Shown here piece after piece: positions 12,634 to 26,705 of a stretch of 64,000 nucleotides of DNA; the stretch's first letter is position 1, and every line of letters starts with the position of its first letter. Below the pieces are notes generated by a model, which saw only the letters and a program-made list of their open reading frames with translations, was not told where the DNA came from and did not search any database. The stretch covers positions 4,114,244-4,178,243 of the forward strand of contig MU058463.1 in the NCBI GenBank assembly GCA_013265495.1. The letters run 5' to 3'. Made by a program: the position numbers and the translations under genes. The DNA is from Vicugna vicugna (lineage: Eukaryota).

Positions 12634-13658
12634 GTAAGTATAAAGATAAAAAAGAAAACTGAGTGATCCAAAAGGTTTTGTTTGTTTTTTTAAATCTAGT
12701 TTTTGAGGGAGAGGAATGGATTAATTTTAAATTATAGTAGACGTGCCTTCTATGTGTAACAGCCATAAATGTGTCTCTCTAAATTTTGCATCTCAGTTGG
12801 AAGAGACACCCAGAGATCGTCCAGTGTTATTCAAGAATAAATTGACTTTAAAATACATTACTTGTTAGGTATCTAAGCCAACTGCTTCTACCATTATCCC
12901 TTCTACTAAGCGTCAGTGAACCATCACTTCCAATGACTTACACTTTAACAGTTATCTTCCCAGTCCTAATAGAAGTTCATAATTCTTGTAGCAGCTGCCA
13001 CTCTCAATAGATAATATAATTTGGGGCCATGACTAGCTCTTAATTAGTAAAAATATTAGATAATCTGGACCAGTTGGTATCAACAGCTCCAAACTAGGGT
13101 TGATTGGTTCTCTTTCAAGCATAAAGAAAGAAACCCAAGAGAAAAGAAAATGTTAATGATTTGTCAGACAGACCAGTTACTAAATGAAAATCCGCACTTG
13201 TATTTCTCAATAGATGATAATATATCTTACTGAAGATCTCAGGGAAGATATTATGGAGGATAAATCAAATGTTAATGATGTATAGGTTCATTCAACAAGT
13301 ATTTTTGCACTCTTATTGAGATATCATTTGTTATAAAGCAGTCCTTTAGAAAATGTTGGGGATAAGATGTAGATTCCATTTAGGGAGAAAATTAATTGCC
13401 TAGTGTTTATTGTTTTAGAAAGCATGGACTTTAGATTCAGATCTGGTTTCAAAACTCAACTCCACAACTTAATAGCTATATGACTTTAGGACCGTGAGAT
13501 AGTTAATCTTTCTGAGCGCAGTAAAAATTAAAATTGTTAGGATTTGCAAAAACAAACAAACAAAAAATCCGAAGACTCTAAAGTAAATAATCATCTTAAA
13601 TATATTAATCATATTTATTGCCTAGGAAAATGAATAATTTTCTTTTTTTTTTTAATAG

Positions 13659-13858
13659 AAGTTGGTTCTTCCCTCTTGAGACATCCATCTCCTGAGCTTT
13701 CCCGGCTAATCTCTGCCCACAGCTCCCTTTCTAAAGGAGAACGAAATTTCCAGTGGCCAGTTTTAGCTTTTGTTATACAGCATCATGATCTAGAAGGTCT
13801 TGAAATAGCAATGAAGCAGGCCTTAAGGAAGTCTGCTTGTCGAGTTTTTGCTATGGAG
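13659..13858 (+). CDS. MYCBP2: MYCBP2 exon (E)VGSSLL...RVFAME (NAGNAG acceptor; alternative start 13662)
   Basis: tttaatag|AAG|TTGG...ATGGAG|gtaaga; phase 1-0. Confidence 0.95.
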
Positions 13859-14689
13859 GTAAGAATACATCAGTAGGGTTACTGATTCATTGATCATACA
13901 AGTCATGTGATGAGTCTATGTAATAATATCACTTTTCTATGAAACATTGTGACAAATTAAGGGACATTAGCAAATCGAAAATATCAAATGTTCACATCAA
14001 AATTAAACTCTTAAGGTTATGAATATTAATGAATTTAGAGTTTCATATTTAAGCACTCTGAAGAAAGTTTATTCTGCATTGCTTTATTATTTGAATCCTG
14101 ATAATATTTTTTTAAAAAAGCTTTTTGTAATCACCGTATCATTTCAGTTAGAATCATCATGCAAAGGGGATGAAAAGTAGGGCTTGTTACAAATTTAACA
14201 ATATAACTTACCTGGGTCTCTGTTCTCTAGAAGTGGATTGGTGTATATCATAGACTTGTATATAATAAATCTTTTTTTCCTTATCATAGGTAGGAAGTAA
14301 CCTGCTATTTATTGATGGGATCAATATGAATATATTTAAGTAAATGGTAGTTTGTATAGAATTTAAGAAGAATTTTATGTTGATCCCAATGCAAGTTGGA
14401 AAAAAAATGTGCTTGAATAAATTAAGACAAATTTTTGAAATAAAAAGTGGTTTGAAAAAGTATTTCATTTCATAGGTATTATTTTTCCTATTACTTTTTA
14501 AAATTAGAGCCGAAATTATTAACTATGTTAAATTCAGTGTGCTTTCAGTGAAATGGTTAGACTTCCTGGTATCTGTCTTTAAAAGACTTAGTCCATGAAG
14601 GTTCTTTGTTTCCAAGTTAGAAAAGCCCTGCTATTTTTACTTGTTTATTTGCTTTTTATCTTGGACTTACTTATCCATCCTTTGTTCAG

Positions 14690-14839
14690 GCTTTCAACTG
14701 GCTTCTGTGCAACGTCATCCAAACAACTTCTCTCCATGATATTCTGTGGCATTTTGTGGCATCACTGACTCCGGCTCCAGTGGAACCAGAGGAAGAAGAG
14801 GATGAGGAAAATAAAACAAACAAAGAAAACACAGAACAA
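14690..14839 (+). CDS. MYCBP2: MYCBP2 exon AFNWLL...KENTEQ
   Basis: gttcag|GCT...CAA|gtaaat; 150 nt, phase 0-0; not in ORF track. Confidence 0.95.
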
Positions 14840-16142
14840 GTAAATGGGGTTTTTGGTTTTTTAATTGTCCATATTTTTATAGATGAGTGGAGCCACGTTC
14901 AGATAAAACAGTAATTTGCATGAGGTCATTCACAGATTATATAACCTAAAGGCAGGAATAAAATTTCAGTGCTGTGAGCAACATATGAACCATACTGAGT
15001 GAAAGTTTTGTCTCCAAAAACGCTGTCAGTCAATTCTGATTTCTCACTAGACATCGTTGTCACGAAGCAATCGACTGGAAGCTATATACTAGTGTAGTGC
15101 AATGTAAGACGGATAAAGAAGGCAGCATTATTACAGAGAGGATCGGTCTACTTCACACCATTGCTGTAAGACACCAGAGAGTAAAAATGATACTGCATAG
15201 GGGACATGAAATTCAAAACCGCTTGTCTAGAAGGGACTGGGTTTTTACAGGAGGCAACTTGCATAATGGAAGAGTGTTGGACTAGGACTCTCGCAGCCTG
15301 AGTTCCAGCCCCTTTTCTACCTCTGTAGCTGTGACTTGTGGGTCTCATTTCTATTTCTAGAACAAAAAGGTGGAAGACTAAATCCTCCATTTGAAAGGCA
15401 AAAAATGTCAGAATAATTACAAAAAACAAAAGCTAGATACTGTTTATAAGCATCACATCTAAAACTTAAGGTTATGGGAAGATTAAAAGAAGATTAGAAA
15501 AAGATACACTGGATAATTACCAACTAAAATTAAGTTGGTACAGCTATTTCAACATCAGAAAAAATAGGCTTCAAGACAAAATTATTAAGAGGAATAAAGA
15601 GGCTTGCTACAAAATGAAAAAAGTTTAATTCTAAAAATGTATCTCATTAATAAGATAGCCTTAAAAATAGGAAGTAAAAATCAATAGAACTGCAAGGAAA
15701 AATAGAAAAATACCCACAATTAACAGTGTGAGATTGTAACACATGCATAACAGCTATCTATTCCTGTATAACAAGCCACCCCAGCACTCACCAGATTAAA
15801 ACGGTGGCTTGTGGGCTCACAGCTTTGTGGGTCAGCAGTTTGGGTGAGGCTCAGCTGAGGGGAACAGCTCTTTTCTGCTAGTCGATTAGTAAGCCCACTA
15901 GAATTGATGCTCATCTCAGGTATTTGGTGATTTTATTTATAGGTGACCTTATCACTTTTTCCTTAAAAATAATGTAAACATAATTCGTTGATCTTAATGG
16001 ATGTTTTGGGTATGGTTTGGTGGTGGTGTTTACATTTGCCTTACACGAGTGTCCTTAAAGTATACATAACACAGTATTCTTTTGTGGGGAAAATACCTTC
16101 CAGCAAACATACTGATCAACTTGCTTTCAATTTCTGTCTTAG

Positions 16143-16303
16143 GAGAAAGATACGAGAGTATGTGAACATCCACTCTCAGATATAGTGATTGCAGGGGAAG
16201 CCGCTCATCCTTTACCACATACATTTCACCGCTTACTTCAAACGATCTCCGATCTTATGATGTCTCTCCCCAGTGGCAGTTCATTACAGCAAATGGCCCT
16301 GAG
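16143..16303 (+). CDS. MYCBP2: MYCBP2 exon EKDTRV...QQMAL(R)
   Basis: tcttag|GAG...CTGAG|gtaatt; phase 0-2. Confidence 0.95.
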
Positions 16304-17343
16304 GTAATTTTATATCTAAGTATTCTAGGTCCCTTGTAAAAGAAATTTTTATGGAGTAGTCAAAGCACAAAGTGCTTGAAAGACCTCTTTCAAGTAAGAA
16401 AGATTCCCTGCATCATATGAATGGTGCCTCCCTTATTACTGTCATAATCTAGAACTGTCTTTCTTCTTCTGATACCTGTTAGCCCTTCTGTAAAATGTGG
16501 ATAATGTACTCTTAGTGCTGTAAGTTACCACATTACCACAGTCTGTAGCAATCTTCCTCACTTTCTCCCCTCTCCTACGCCAAGTCACTTGTCTCAGTGC
16601 AACTCAAGAGCAGAATCTTAAATGTCACAAAAAGGGAGAGGGAGAATGAGATCTCAAAAACAGAAATCAAAATAGGGTTTTGAGTTGAAAAGAGTACCAA
16701 AAGAAATGGAGCCTAGTCATATGCAGCCAATCCTAAAAGTGACTTGAAGAGCATCACCTATTTTTAAGTCCCAACTTGCTGACATTTAACATTACTTTTA
16801 CATTGTGAACCTTGTCATTGGAGCCACATACTAGACTACACATATAAATAAATCTTGCATTGATTTTTATAAGAAATAAGTTGATGGAGTGATTTTGGCT
16901 CCCCACATCCCTAATGATAAGACCAGCAGAGGGGAGATTTTATTTCCTTCTCTCAAAATTTTTGAAGTACAAGGTGTGTTTATACTCTGATGAACTGGTA
17001 TGGAATTATAAGATTAATAAATTTGAGAGACTCTTACATTTGGGGTAACACTTGTCCACAAAACTAATTTGTTACCTTTTTTACTTCTGTAGCCTTGATC
17101 TTCATGTACCCAGTTTTTCTATATTTAAAACTTTCCTTAGAATTTATATTGTTCAAAAGAAATGACCTATATTTCTCCAAAAAAAAAGGCAAGAGTAATG
17201 ATTTTGTTTCCTGAATTTTTAAAATTTGTATTTTTTGCCTAGAGCATTAGATTTCTTAAAATATTACCTATCAAGTGCTTTTTTCCCAAGAATTCCTTAG
17301 AAATTTCTGAAAAATAATTAATATATTGCTTATGCTCTTTTAG

Positions 17344-17500
17344 ATGCTGGAGTCTGAAATTCAAGCAATCTGATCACCAGTTCCTCCATCAGAGCAATGT
17401 CTTTCATCACATTAACAATATTTTGTCGAAATCAGATGATGGAGATAGTGAAGAGAGTTTTAGCATCAGCATACAGTCTGGCTTTGAAGCTATGAGTCAG
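17344..17500 (+). CDS. MYCBP2: MYCBP2 exon CWSLKF...FEAMSQ
   Basis: ttttag|ATGC...CAG|gtcggt; phase 2-0. Confidence 0.95.
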
Positions 17501-17686
17501 GTCGGTCATTTAACAGTTATCCTATATTATCTTATTAATACTCAACAATGTATTGAAGGAGAAACTGAAAGTTACTCATAAACAGTTTGATTCTTATTTT
17601 TTACTTCTTATCGCATGTCTGTTTGTTTTATTACCATGGAAGATTTCCGTCTGAGTATTATAATTAGGTTTATTTGTTTCCGGTAG

Positions 17687-17911
17687 GAATTATGCATAGT
17701 AATGTGCTTAAAGGACTTAACCAGCATCGTTGACATAAAAACTTCAAGCCGACCTGCCATGATTGGCAGTTTGACTGATGGTTCCACAGAAACCTTTTGG
17801 GAATCGGGAGATGAGGATAAAAACAAAACTAAGAACATCACCATCAACTGTGTAAAAGGAATCAATGCCCGCTATGTATCTGTTCATGTGGACAATTCCC
17901 GAGATCTTGGG
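17687..17911 (+). CDS. MYCBP2: MYCBP2 exon ELCIVM...SRDLG (start of DOC/APC10-like domain)
   Basis: cggtag|GAA...GGG|gtaaga; LTDGSTETFWES DOC signature. Confidence 0.96.
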
Positions 17912-19947
17912 GTAAGAAAGGAAACTTAATTTGTAGTTCGTTAGTTCTTTTCAGACCTTTAGTAATCATGCATTCTCATTTCTGAGTTTAGCAAAAAGAT
18001 TTTCACCTGGAACTTCACCAACCAAACCACATTTTTGTATTTCCAAAACAAATCTTTTAAAAAGTCTAAAAACAGATTAATGTGATTAGGAGCACCGAGG
18101 AATTCCATTTATAAGAAAAGGTCTGATTACAAATATACCATGGCTATAGCTAAGCAAAATAAATAATTACTTTATAATTTTTTACCTCCATGCCTTTGTT
18201 CAAGCTATTCCTTTGACCTGGAAGTCCTCCCCTTAAAGTCTGCCTTTCAGATTCTCCCTACATCTAAGACCCAGCAGACAAATCCTCTCCCAGCCCCTCT
18301 TTCCTCTCCTCTGGTTTCTTTTTCACGTTACTCTGATGGCACTTAGTATACTCTGACCTATAGTGTAATTAGCTTTCAGTTTTTAACCCTCACCCCCCAG
18401 CCATCATGGGGGAGTTGGAAGGAGTTCCTGGACTGACCTAAATAATCATGACTTACGGTCTCCCTAGCTCTAGTTTTTCTACATGTTTCAGCTGAATTGA
18501 ACACTCTTTTACAATAAGCACTAAACAGGAAAAAGCGCCCTATTTGCTTGAGTGTTAATAACCAAGAAGAAAGTAGCACCAACGGCCAGACCCCCATGCT
18601 TCCAGCCCATTCCTGGGGAAGGATGCTTCTTGATGTCTTATCCCTCAAGATGGATGCGGCTTGCTAGCAGATGTAGTATTAATAAGTCTCCTTGGGCCAC
18701 TGCCATTCTGCTCCTATTCCGTTTATGCATTTCCCTTCCCAGAGGGGCCAGAGTGGCGGGTTTGGGTCTCAGATAACCTACATGGAGAACACCAGCCACA
18801 GAAGTCCAGTCTACAGATCACTCCTTGCCATCCACAGCCACCCCAGCTTCTGTCCATCAGTGCAGATTAAATAAGAAAAAAGGCCTAGCTAATATATCAC
18901 TAGCTTATCTCCTCTTGAGACCCAAGAGTTTAATTGGTACAACTACTTTATCTTACTGGAAAGTCAAGTGTAATAAATCAAAACATTTTTCTGGCTGGAA
19001 CTCACTGCTCAGTACAGTGTTATCTTTGATTCATATTTTAAGCCAGCACATACTCACCCTCAGAACCATGGTTGCAATCAATTTGACGTTTTTGCCTTTT
19101 AGGATAGAAAATCATGACAATATTCATTTTCAAAAGCCCCAGTATGTATTGCTGACATCCGCCTTCCTTTTAGGAAACCTCCTCTAAGTTATATGTGTTA
19201 TGTAACTCTGTGTCCCCCGGCCTGCCCCCAACACTGCCTTAAACACAGCATTTGTTGGTTTGAATTACATCAGCCAGTAGCACTTCAAGCATGCAGCTCT
19301 CCAAGGATTTAATATGTCAATCTGTTTCTTGCTGTGCTTGGCACAAAACTTACTCAAACTTAAAGTCTCTGGCTCTAGTACCAGCATGACTCTTTTCAGT
19401 GGTTAAAGGTATTGAATTTCTTTTGATATTTACTTGTGTGTTAATATTCCTTCCCTAGTCTGACAAGGATCTCGAGAGGCTAGAGCCCATCATTCTCATA
19501 TATCCTTCTCTAAGTCCGTAAGGCAATCTGGTTACATCATGATACTCACAAATGCTTGTTGCTTAAGGTACCCACCTTCCTTCCTTTTACCTCCAGAAGC
19601 AGTGAGAGTAATGTGATGAGATTGGGACATGAGTGACAAGGCTTCATGATAGAGACAGAATTTAAATGATTAGACTTTGGGATGAAGATAGGGAATGCCA
19701 GCCTCCTCTCTCAGCCCATAGAGAAGGGCCGAAATGTGAGATTCAAGATGGAGTTTGTGAAAATAAGAAAAGATGGGATGGAGTTGTAGGAACTGAGGTT
19801 TGTCGGACAGATGGGATGAAGTCAGTTAGGAAGGACCGTAAAAGAAAAGCAGGAGAGTTGATGTGACATTGCTGTGCTGTAAGAAATCACTGGGAGTTCT
19901 GGAGCCAGGAATACGGCATAATGACTATTTTGAATTGTCTGTTTTAG

Positions 19948-20013
19948 AATAAAGTTACCTCAATGACCTTCCTAACTGGCAAAGCAGTAGAAGATTTGTG
20001 CAGAATAAAGCAG
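19948..20013 (+). CDS. MYCBP2: MYCBP2 exon NKVTSM...CRIKQ (DOC domain)
   Basis: ttttag|AAT...CAG|gtaatt; 66 nt, phase 0-0. Confidence 0.94.
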
Positions 20014-21431
20014 GTAATTAAAGTTTTGTCATTAAATGTTTTACTGCCCAGGGAGAAATTTCTTCTTCTTAGTTTCCACTGTTGAGTTCTAATTTTGGCA
20101 TGCCACCAAAGTATTATAGGAAATCATCTGTTTACAAAACACTAAATTGACAAATGGTCCACAGATAGGAAGTTACAACCATCCCTGTGCTAAGCATCTT
20201 GCCCATTATTCCCCTAAATGTTTTTTAGTCATGAGCAATTATACTGTGTCTATAGTCCTCCACTCTGACTGCTGCCCCACTGCAGAGATTAAGGGTGCCT
20301 TAAAATTCATCATAAGTCTGATTCACAATTATCACCTTAATTCATGTATACTTCAGATTAAGATGTAGGTGGTTGTCCTCTAGCCTGAAAATGTTTCACT
20401 TATAACACTGCAACTACATCCAAGTTGAAAGTCAGTTTACAAACCAAGTCTCAAAACAAGTTAAGTTTTATCTGGACATGTGTCTGAGATTCTGTATAAA
20501 CTCACTCACTTGTATTAGTGAAACTTTATCAAAACTATTATTCTATAGCTACTTTATCCTGTGAAAGTTGATCACTTGTTTTGTTTTATTTTTCCAAATC
20601 ATATTGAAAGAATGAAGTGAGATTTTAGATTAAATAAATAATACATTTCATCTAAATTTTTAAAGAGTTTGGGTAAATAATCCTATTAAATTAGATGGTA
20701 TTTGTTTATGCTTAATGCTCTTTTTAGAAAAATGACATTATCAATTAAAATAATATCAATTTAGTTGTCTACAAAAACAATATAGAAGTCCCAGGCCATT
20801 TCTTGGACATCAGATACCATAAGAGTAATTTTCATTTTACCAAGTGAATAGTGTCAAAAACCATTTCACAGTGCATTGAAATTTAATCCTTGAAAAAAGT
20901 AATATTCTCAATGAAATATAGTGAAATAAGTAATCAAAAATGTGAAGTTACACATTATATAATTTTTCTTCAAAAGTAAAACATATTAAGTAACTGCACA
21001 TCAAAAATCCTTGCTTTAAATGTGCTTTAAATATGAAGATGCACAAAACAGAACTTCATTGCTGATCACGTGAGTGTTTCTACTTGCAGTCAGTATAGGT
21101 AAAGTCACATGAATTGTCTGCTGTAGTTTCACTTATGTAACTTGTGCTTGGAAGCCAGACCTGCATTTTAATTCTCAACTCCGTCACTTACTAGAATCCT
21201 TCCACCGGCGTTAACCTCACTTTCTTCATCTGTATAATGGCTGCTCTAGTATTACTTATCCTCATGAGGTTTGAATAAGGTAATCAGCGTGAAGTAACCT
21301 GATAAACTTCACTGCGTGTACAATTATTTATTATTTGAGCTTGTTGTTATTAACACTAAGTCTAGGATAGAGAGAAAATGGTGATACACCTGTATCACTA
21401 TAAGGTTTCTGTCCCTTTTCTGCTCTCCTAG

Positions 21432-21671
21432 GTTGATCTGGATTCCAGGCATATAGGTTGGGTAACAAGTGAACTTCCAGGAGGGGATAATCACATCATC
21501 AAAATTGAATTAAAGGGCCCAGAAAACACACTGAGAGTTCGACAAGTTAAGGTTCTGGGCTGGAAGGATGGCGAAAGCACAAAGATTGCTGGCCAGATTT
21601 CAGCCAGTGTGGCCCAGCAAAGGAACTGTGAAGCTGAGACTCTGCGAGTGTTCAGACTCATTACATCACAA
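21432..21671 (+). CDS. MYCBP2: MYCBP2 exon VDLDSR...RLITSQ (end of DOC domain)
   Basis: tcctag|GTT...CAA|gtgagt; 240 nt. Confidence 0.96.
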
Positions 21672-21988
21672 GTGAGTGTCCCTACCACATATTCGAGCAC
21701 AGGATAAATTGAAATAATGTGCTACTTCAGTAATAATACCAAGAGGGCAACAGAATATTTTGTAAAACTTGTTAGAGATTGCTGGTTCACATGTGACCCA
21801 TTTTTCCTTCTCATAGCCCTAAATTCTTGCGTTTCATTTTGCATTCATAATTCTGAGAAGCAGTGGTGTGTAGCCGAAGTAGCACAGTAGCATCATAAAA
21901 CCTGCAGAGTCGGCTGCTGAGTCCTTTGGCCTTCACAGCCGTGACTCCCGCTGTTAATTTGCTCTCCCGTTCCTGTGTTCTTCATCAG

Positions 21989-22087
21989 GTGTTTGGAAAG
22001 CTCATCTCTGGAGATGCTGAACCGACGCCAGAACAAGAGGAAAAAGCACTGTTGTCATCACCTGAAGGAGAGGAAAAAGTATACAAT
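21989..22087 (+). CDS. MYCBP2: MYCBP2 exon VFGKLI...EEK(VYN); alternative donor at 22078
   Basis: catcag|GTG...AAA|GTATACAAT|gtattt. Confidence 0.92.
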
Positions 22088-23019
22088 GTATTTACTTGTA
22101 TTTAAAAATATTTATTTCCCTTTCTTATTTTCTTACTTTTGTGAAATCCATGTATTGCTGTGTTTTTTAATAGATATGTGATACTAGTTTCTATGCAGTT
22201 AATATTTTTTCCTTTAATTAGAAGGAAGGTGAAGAAACTATCACACATGTGTTTGGTAAATTTTTATTGGAATAACCTGCTCTTTGTACTGTTTCTGAAA
22301 TTTCTTCTAAAATGCATTTGCCTTACTTAATTGGTCCAAACTAAAGCACTGTATCTAAGAGGAAAACTTCATCCATTTTCAAAAAGAGAAGTCAACCTTG
22401 ACAGCTCTTCGAAAGATAATTTCAAGGACTCACCTAGGCTAACCCTGTGCCTTCTGGTACAGTAGTGTCTAAATCATTCACATTTTTCTCTTTGGGGGTC
22501 TGTTAAAAAAATAGGACTTTATAAACCCTGGTAATTTTCTTCAGCATCTTTTGGAGATATCATTTGGATGACTACAAGACTGAGTAACTGCTCATTAAAT
22601 CAACTAAATTTTAACAAATGGCAGCTCTTTGCTAAACAACTTTGAGAACTGGTACCAAGCTCGCAAAAAGCTTCTGTTCTTAGGTATGAGCAGTCCACCC
22701 TCCCCACCCAAAAAAAAGAGATCGACAGGGATACTTTTTAGTATAAAATCAAAGTATTAAATATGTAGAAAATTGCACATGTCATAGGATTCAGAGTACA
22801 TTGAGATTATTGTGCCCTGGAGTGATCAGACAAGGCTTCTTGGGGGATATTGGACTTGAGTTAGACCTGAAAGAGAATGGATGAAAGTTAGATTAATAGG
22901 ATGGGAGCAAGGGCACATTGAAGAGGCTGACCTAACATTAGGCTTTAAGGTTGAATAGGAGAGGTTATATTAGTCATTGGATGCCGGTGGAATAACATAA
23001 CTTTTAAGGGAATCATTTC

Positions 23020-24215
23020 TTAAGTCAGGTTTTTGAAATAAAATTTACATACAGAAAAATTCATCCTTTTAAACTGTATTATTGGATGAATTTTGACCAG
23101 TGCATACAGTGGTGAAACCGCCACAATCAAGCTTTAAAACACACCCCTCCCGGAATTTCCCTGATGTTTTTATGTGCTCGATCCCCTCATCTCACTCCTA
23201 GCCCTTGACAACCACTGAACTATTTTCTGCCCCTACAGTGTGGCCCTTTCCCAGATGTGATTTAGTGAAACCGTATAGAAAGTAGCCTTTTTATCTGGTT
23301 TCTTGTACTTAGTGTAAGAGCATGTGTCAGTAGTTTGTTCTTTAGGTTGCTGAGAAGTAACTGTAATATACTCTTAATATACTCATAATGTAACTCATAA
23401 TATACTCTTATTATCCTTCTAGTATCAGTAGACTTTATAGTGATAGATCTTCTTTTGTTACGTCTTTCCATCTCTTTGCTTCAAGTTTGGTTTGTTCTTT
23501 TTCCCATTTCTTAATATCCTAATATGATGACTTGAGACCTTTCTTTTCTCACATAAGTAATGCTGTAATCTTCTAAGGACTGCTTTCGTGTCACAAATTT
23601 GGGTGTGTTGTGGATTTTGTTTTGTTTTTTTTCATTTCATTCAGTTCAAAATGCTTTCTGACTCCTATTTTGATTTCTTCTTTGACCTCTGGGTAATTTA
23701 GAAGTATCTTGTTTAATTTCTAAATATTTGGAAGTTTTCCTGATAGCTCTCTAATATTAATTTCTAGTTTAATTCCATTGTGGTCAAAAACTACACTTTG
23801 TCTAATTTCATCCCTTTAATTTTCAGATTGTTGAGACCCGAATTCTGGCTCATAGGACAGTATAGTTCCGTGCATGTCCATGTGCACTTGACAGGGATGT
23901 GAACTCTGCTGTTGTTCTGTGAAGGGCTCCACAAATATTAGTTAATTCAGTTCCTTGATTGTTTTGTTCAAGTCTTTAAGAACCTTACTGATTTGTGTTT
24001 GTTTGCTCATTTACTTGTTCTGTCAGGTACAGGGAGAATTTTGAAGTGTCTGACTATATGGATTTGTCTATTTAGATTTTAGTTCACCTGGTTGCCCATT
24101 TCAGCTCTCTGATGGGCACCCAAAAAGTTATGATTTTGTAGATTATCAACTTTTCTCATTGTTAAGGTGGGAGTGACATTCTCTGTGGCTTTCTCCATCC
24201 TAAAAAAAGTGAAAC
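23020..24215 (-). mobile_element. Old L1 fragments (antisense)
   Basis: T-rich L1M-like motifs (tttctagttttaattccattgtggtcaaaa). Confidence 0.6.
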
Positions 24216-24332
24216 CAAGGAGTCATTTTTTTGTTCTCAGAGAAGAGTGATTTGCTTTAGTTTTCTTACCTGTAAAGTAAGCAGAACATCAGATCTTACC
24301 TTGTGAGGTTTTTGTAAAAATTAAATAAGATT

Positions 24333-24336
<4 letters not shown>

Positions 24337-24369
<33 letters not shown>
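24337..24369. repeat. (TG)n microsatellite
   Basis: About 16 perfect units. Confidence 0.95.
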
Positions 24370-24371
<2 letters not shown>

Positions 24372-24850
24372 TTATTTCTGTTTGTATATTTATCACTTAA
24401 AAGAGTACCAAACACGTGATACGTGCTATGAAACGTCAACCTCCATTTGTCTTCTTTTGGTATGTTTCTTTGATTGCTGTTGCTGTTAGAGTAGCTTCAT
24501 TGAAGACCATTATCAGAGTTTTGTTAGGACACTTCCCTTTTAACTAAATGTCATTTTCCAGAGTTGCTCTTCTGATAACCAAATGTAGGATGTGAACTAA
24601 TAATGTTCATAATTTAGAAGTAGTTTCAAAGTGACAGAAATTGACTAGATTAAAGAAATACATGAAGAATACTTCTCTGAATTTCTTAAATTCACAAATT
24701 TTGTCCGTTTTGTAGTCACTTTAGCCAATAGTGATTAAATTCACCTTGTAAAAATACCTGCATGATTATTTCTCAAGATACTTCAAAATGTCAAATGTAC
24801 AAATTTTATTGAAAGAGTTTGCTTTCTTTTTTTCCCTTTTCTATGTAAAG

Positions 24851-24931
24851 GCAACATCAGATGCTGACCTGAAAGAACATATGGTTGGAATCATATTCAG
24901 CAGAAGTAAACTGACTAACCTACAAAAACAG
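24851..24931 (+). CDS. MYCBP2: MYCBP2 exon ATSDAD...NLQKQ
   Basis: gtaaag|GCA...CAG|gttggt; 81 nt. Confidence 0.95.
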
Positions 24932-25962
24932 GTTGGTTAATAGCCATTTCATTGTCTTCATCAGTTTTTGTTTGTTTGTTTTAAGGTATAAAGCATTTTC
25001 CAAAATTTATGGAGGCTTTTTTATGCTGACTCTTTTATAGGTCCTGCCTTTTTCTAGAGAGGAAGGAATATATTGGCATACCTGCATCACTTTAAAGATT
25101 TTGTTATGAATGTTAACTTTCTTACCTTGCTGCTTTTTGTTTTTCTCATTTTCAGGTAGATTGTTTCATTTTGGTGTCAAATACCCACCTATATCATATT
25201 TCATTTGCATTTCCTGTGTTCCTTTCCCCACTGTTTTTGTTGTTGTTGTTGTTGTTGGCTGGTTGATTTTTAAAAAAATTATTTTCCCAAGCAGTTACAA
25301 TGTTAACTACACCAGCACTGATATTTTTAATTCAGGAGTTGGGGGAGTAGTAGTAGATTGTTCATATTAATGATGTGCCTGAGTAACATAAAAATTAGCC
25401 CTTCAAAAGTCAAATAAAATACTTGAATTAGGTTTTAAATTAGCATATTATTTTAACTTTCAACACCATTAAATCTTTTAAATAAATAACATAAATATAT
25501 TTGTGCTTTATCTTTTTAACAACATTTTATTGAGTCTTAGAAGCTACCGGTTGTAGAGCATGCAGTTATTTTATGTTATCACTAAAAAAAAAAAATTGCT
25601 GCCAATTACTTTATGAATTGTGTCCGTTGTAAAGCACATGAATATAAATGGGGGGTGCCTTAGAAGTGATTAAATATGGTAATTTGTTTTCATTTGCTAT
25701 CTTTAACCGCAATCGGGGGAATTGGTAACTAGTATATAATTCACTTCTATACTAGTTGATTTAGGCATTCAGATTTTTAATCATGGTTCCCCTGGTTTTC
25801 CTTGTTTTTAAGATGGGTTAAAAGAATAGTACATTGGAGAATTAACTGGGAAAAAGACTATTAGACTGCATATCAACTAATATTCTTGGGGGGTTTTTTG
25901 GGTTTTTTTAACTAAAACTTACACATATCTTTTTACATTTTCTTTATTTTGCCCTCAAATAG

Positions 25963-26229
25963 GTGTGTGCTCACATTGTCCAGGCTATCCGCATGGAAGC
26001 CACCAGAGTTCGTGAAGAATGGGAACATGCCATATCGAGCAAAGAAAATGCCAATTCCCAGCCTAGTGATGAAGATGCCTCCTCCGATGCCTACTGCTTT
26101 GAGCTGCTCTCCATGGTCTTGGCCTTGAGTGGCTCCAACGTGGGCCGACAGTATCTGGCCCAGCAGCTGACTCTGCTCCAGGACCTCTTCTCACTGCTCC
26201 ACACCGCCTCTCCGCGAGTCCAGAGACAG
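25963..26229 (+). CDS. MYCBP2: MYCBP2 exon VCAHIV...RVQRQ
   Basis: aaatag|GTG...CAG|gtggct; 267 nt. Confidence 0.95.
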
Positions 26230-26705
26230 GTGGCTGGTCATACCACTTACCTTGTGGTTATTTTGTTCCTTGAAACTTTGTTAAAAATTACTGTAGCAAA
26301 GAGAAGTGGTTTTGGGCTTTTTTACGGTTTTTGTTACGTTTTGGGTTTTGGATTGTATTTTTACTCCATGCTTCTTATTTTTCATTCATTATAATGAGAA
26401 TACGGAAGAGCGAAATATGTTTCATTTTCCTGATATGTTTTTGTGAAGAGTATTCTGGCTACTGAATGTAATTATTACCATGAGATATATAATGTCATTA
26501 TAATGATAAAGTAAGAGATATGCTTTTTTTCTTGCTGTCCTGAAGTGGTAGTAACCACTTGAGAAATTAAATCATGTTTAAATCATTTCCCTGTCCTTCT
26601 CAAAGCTTTTAAAGTCATGGAATGATAGCTAGACTCATTAAAAAATGAAAACTTTAAAACACCAGTCTTTACATAGGATTTTTTTTCTTTTCTTTTTCTT
26701 ACTAG

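Noticed and set aside
19948..19953. AATAAA at an exon start as a premature poly(A) signal
   Set aside because: Encodes Asn-Lys in the DOC domain and lies just upstream of a strong donor
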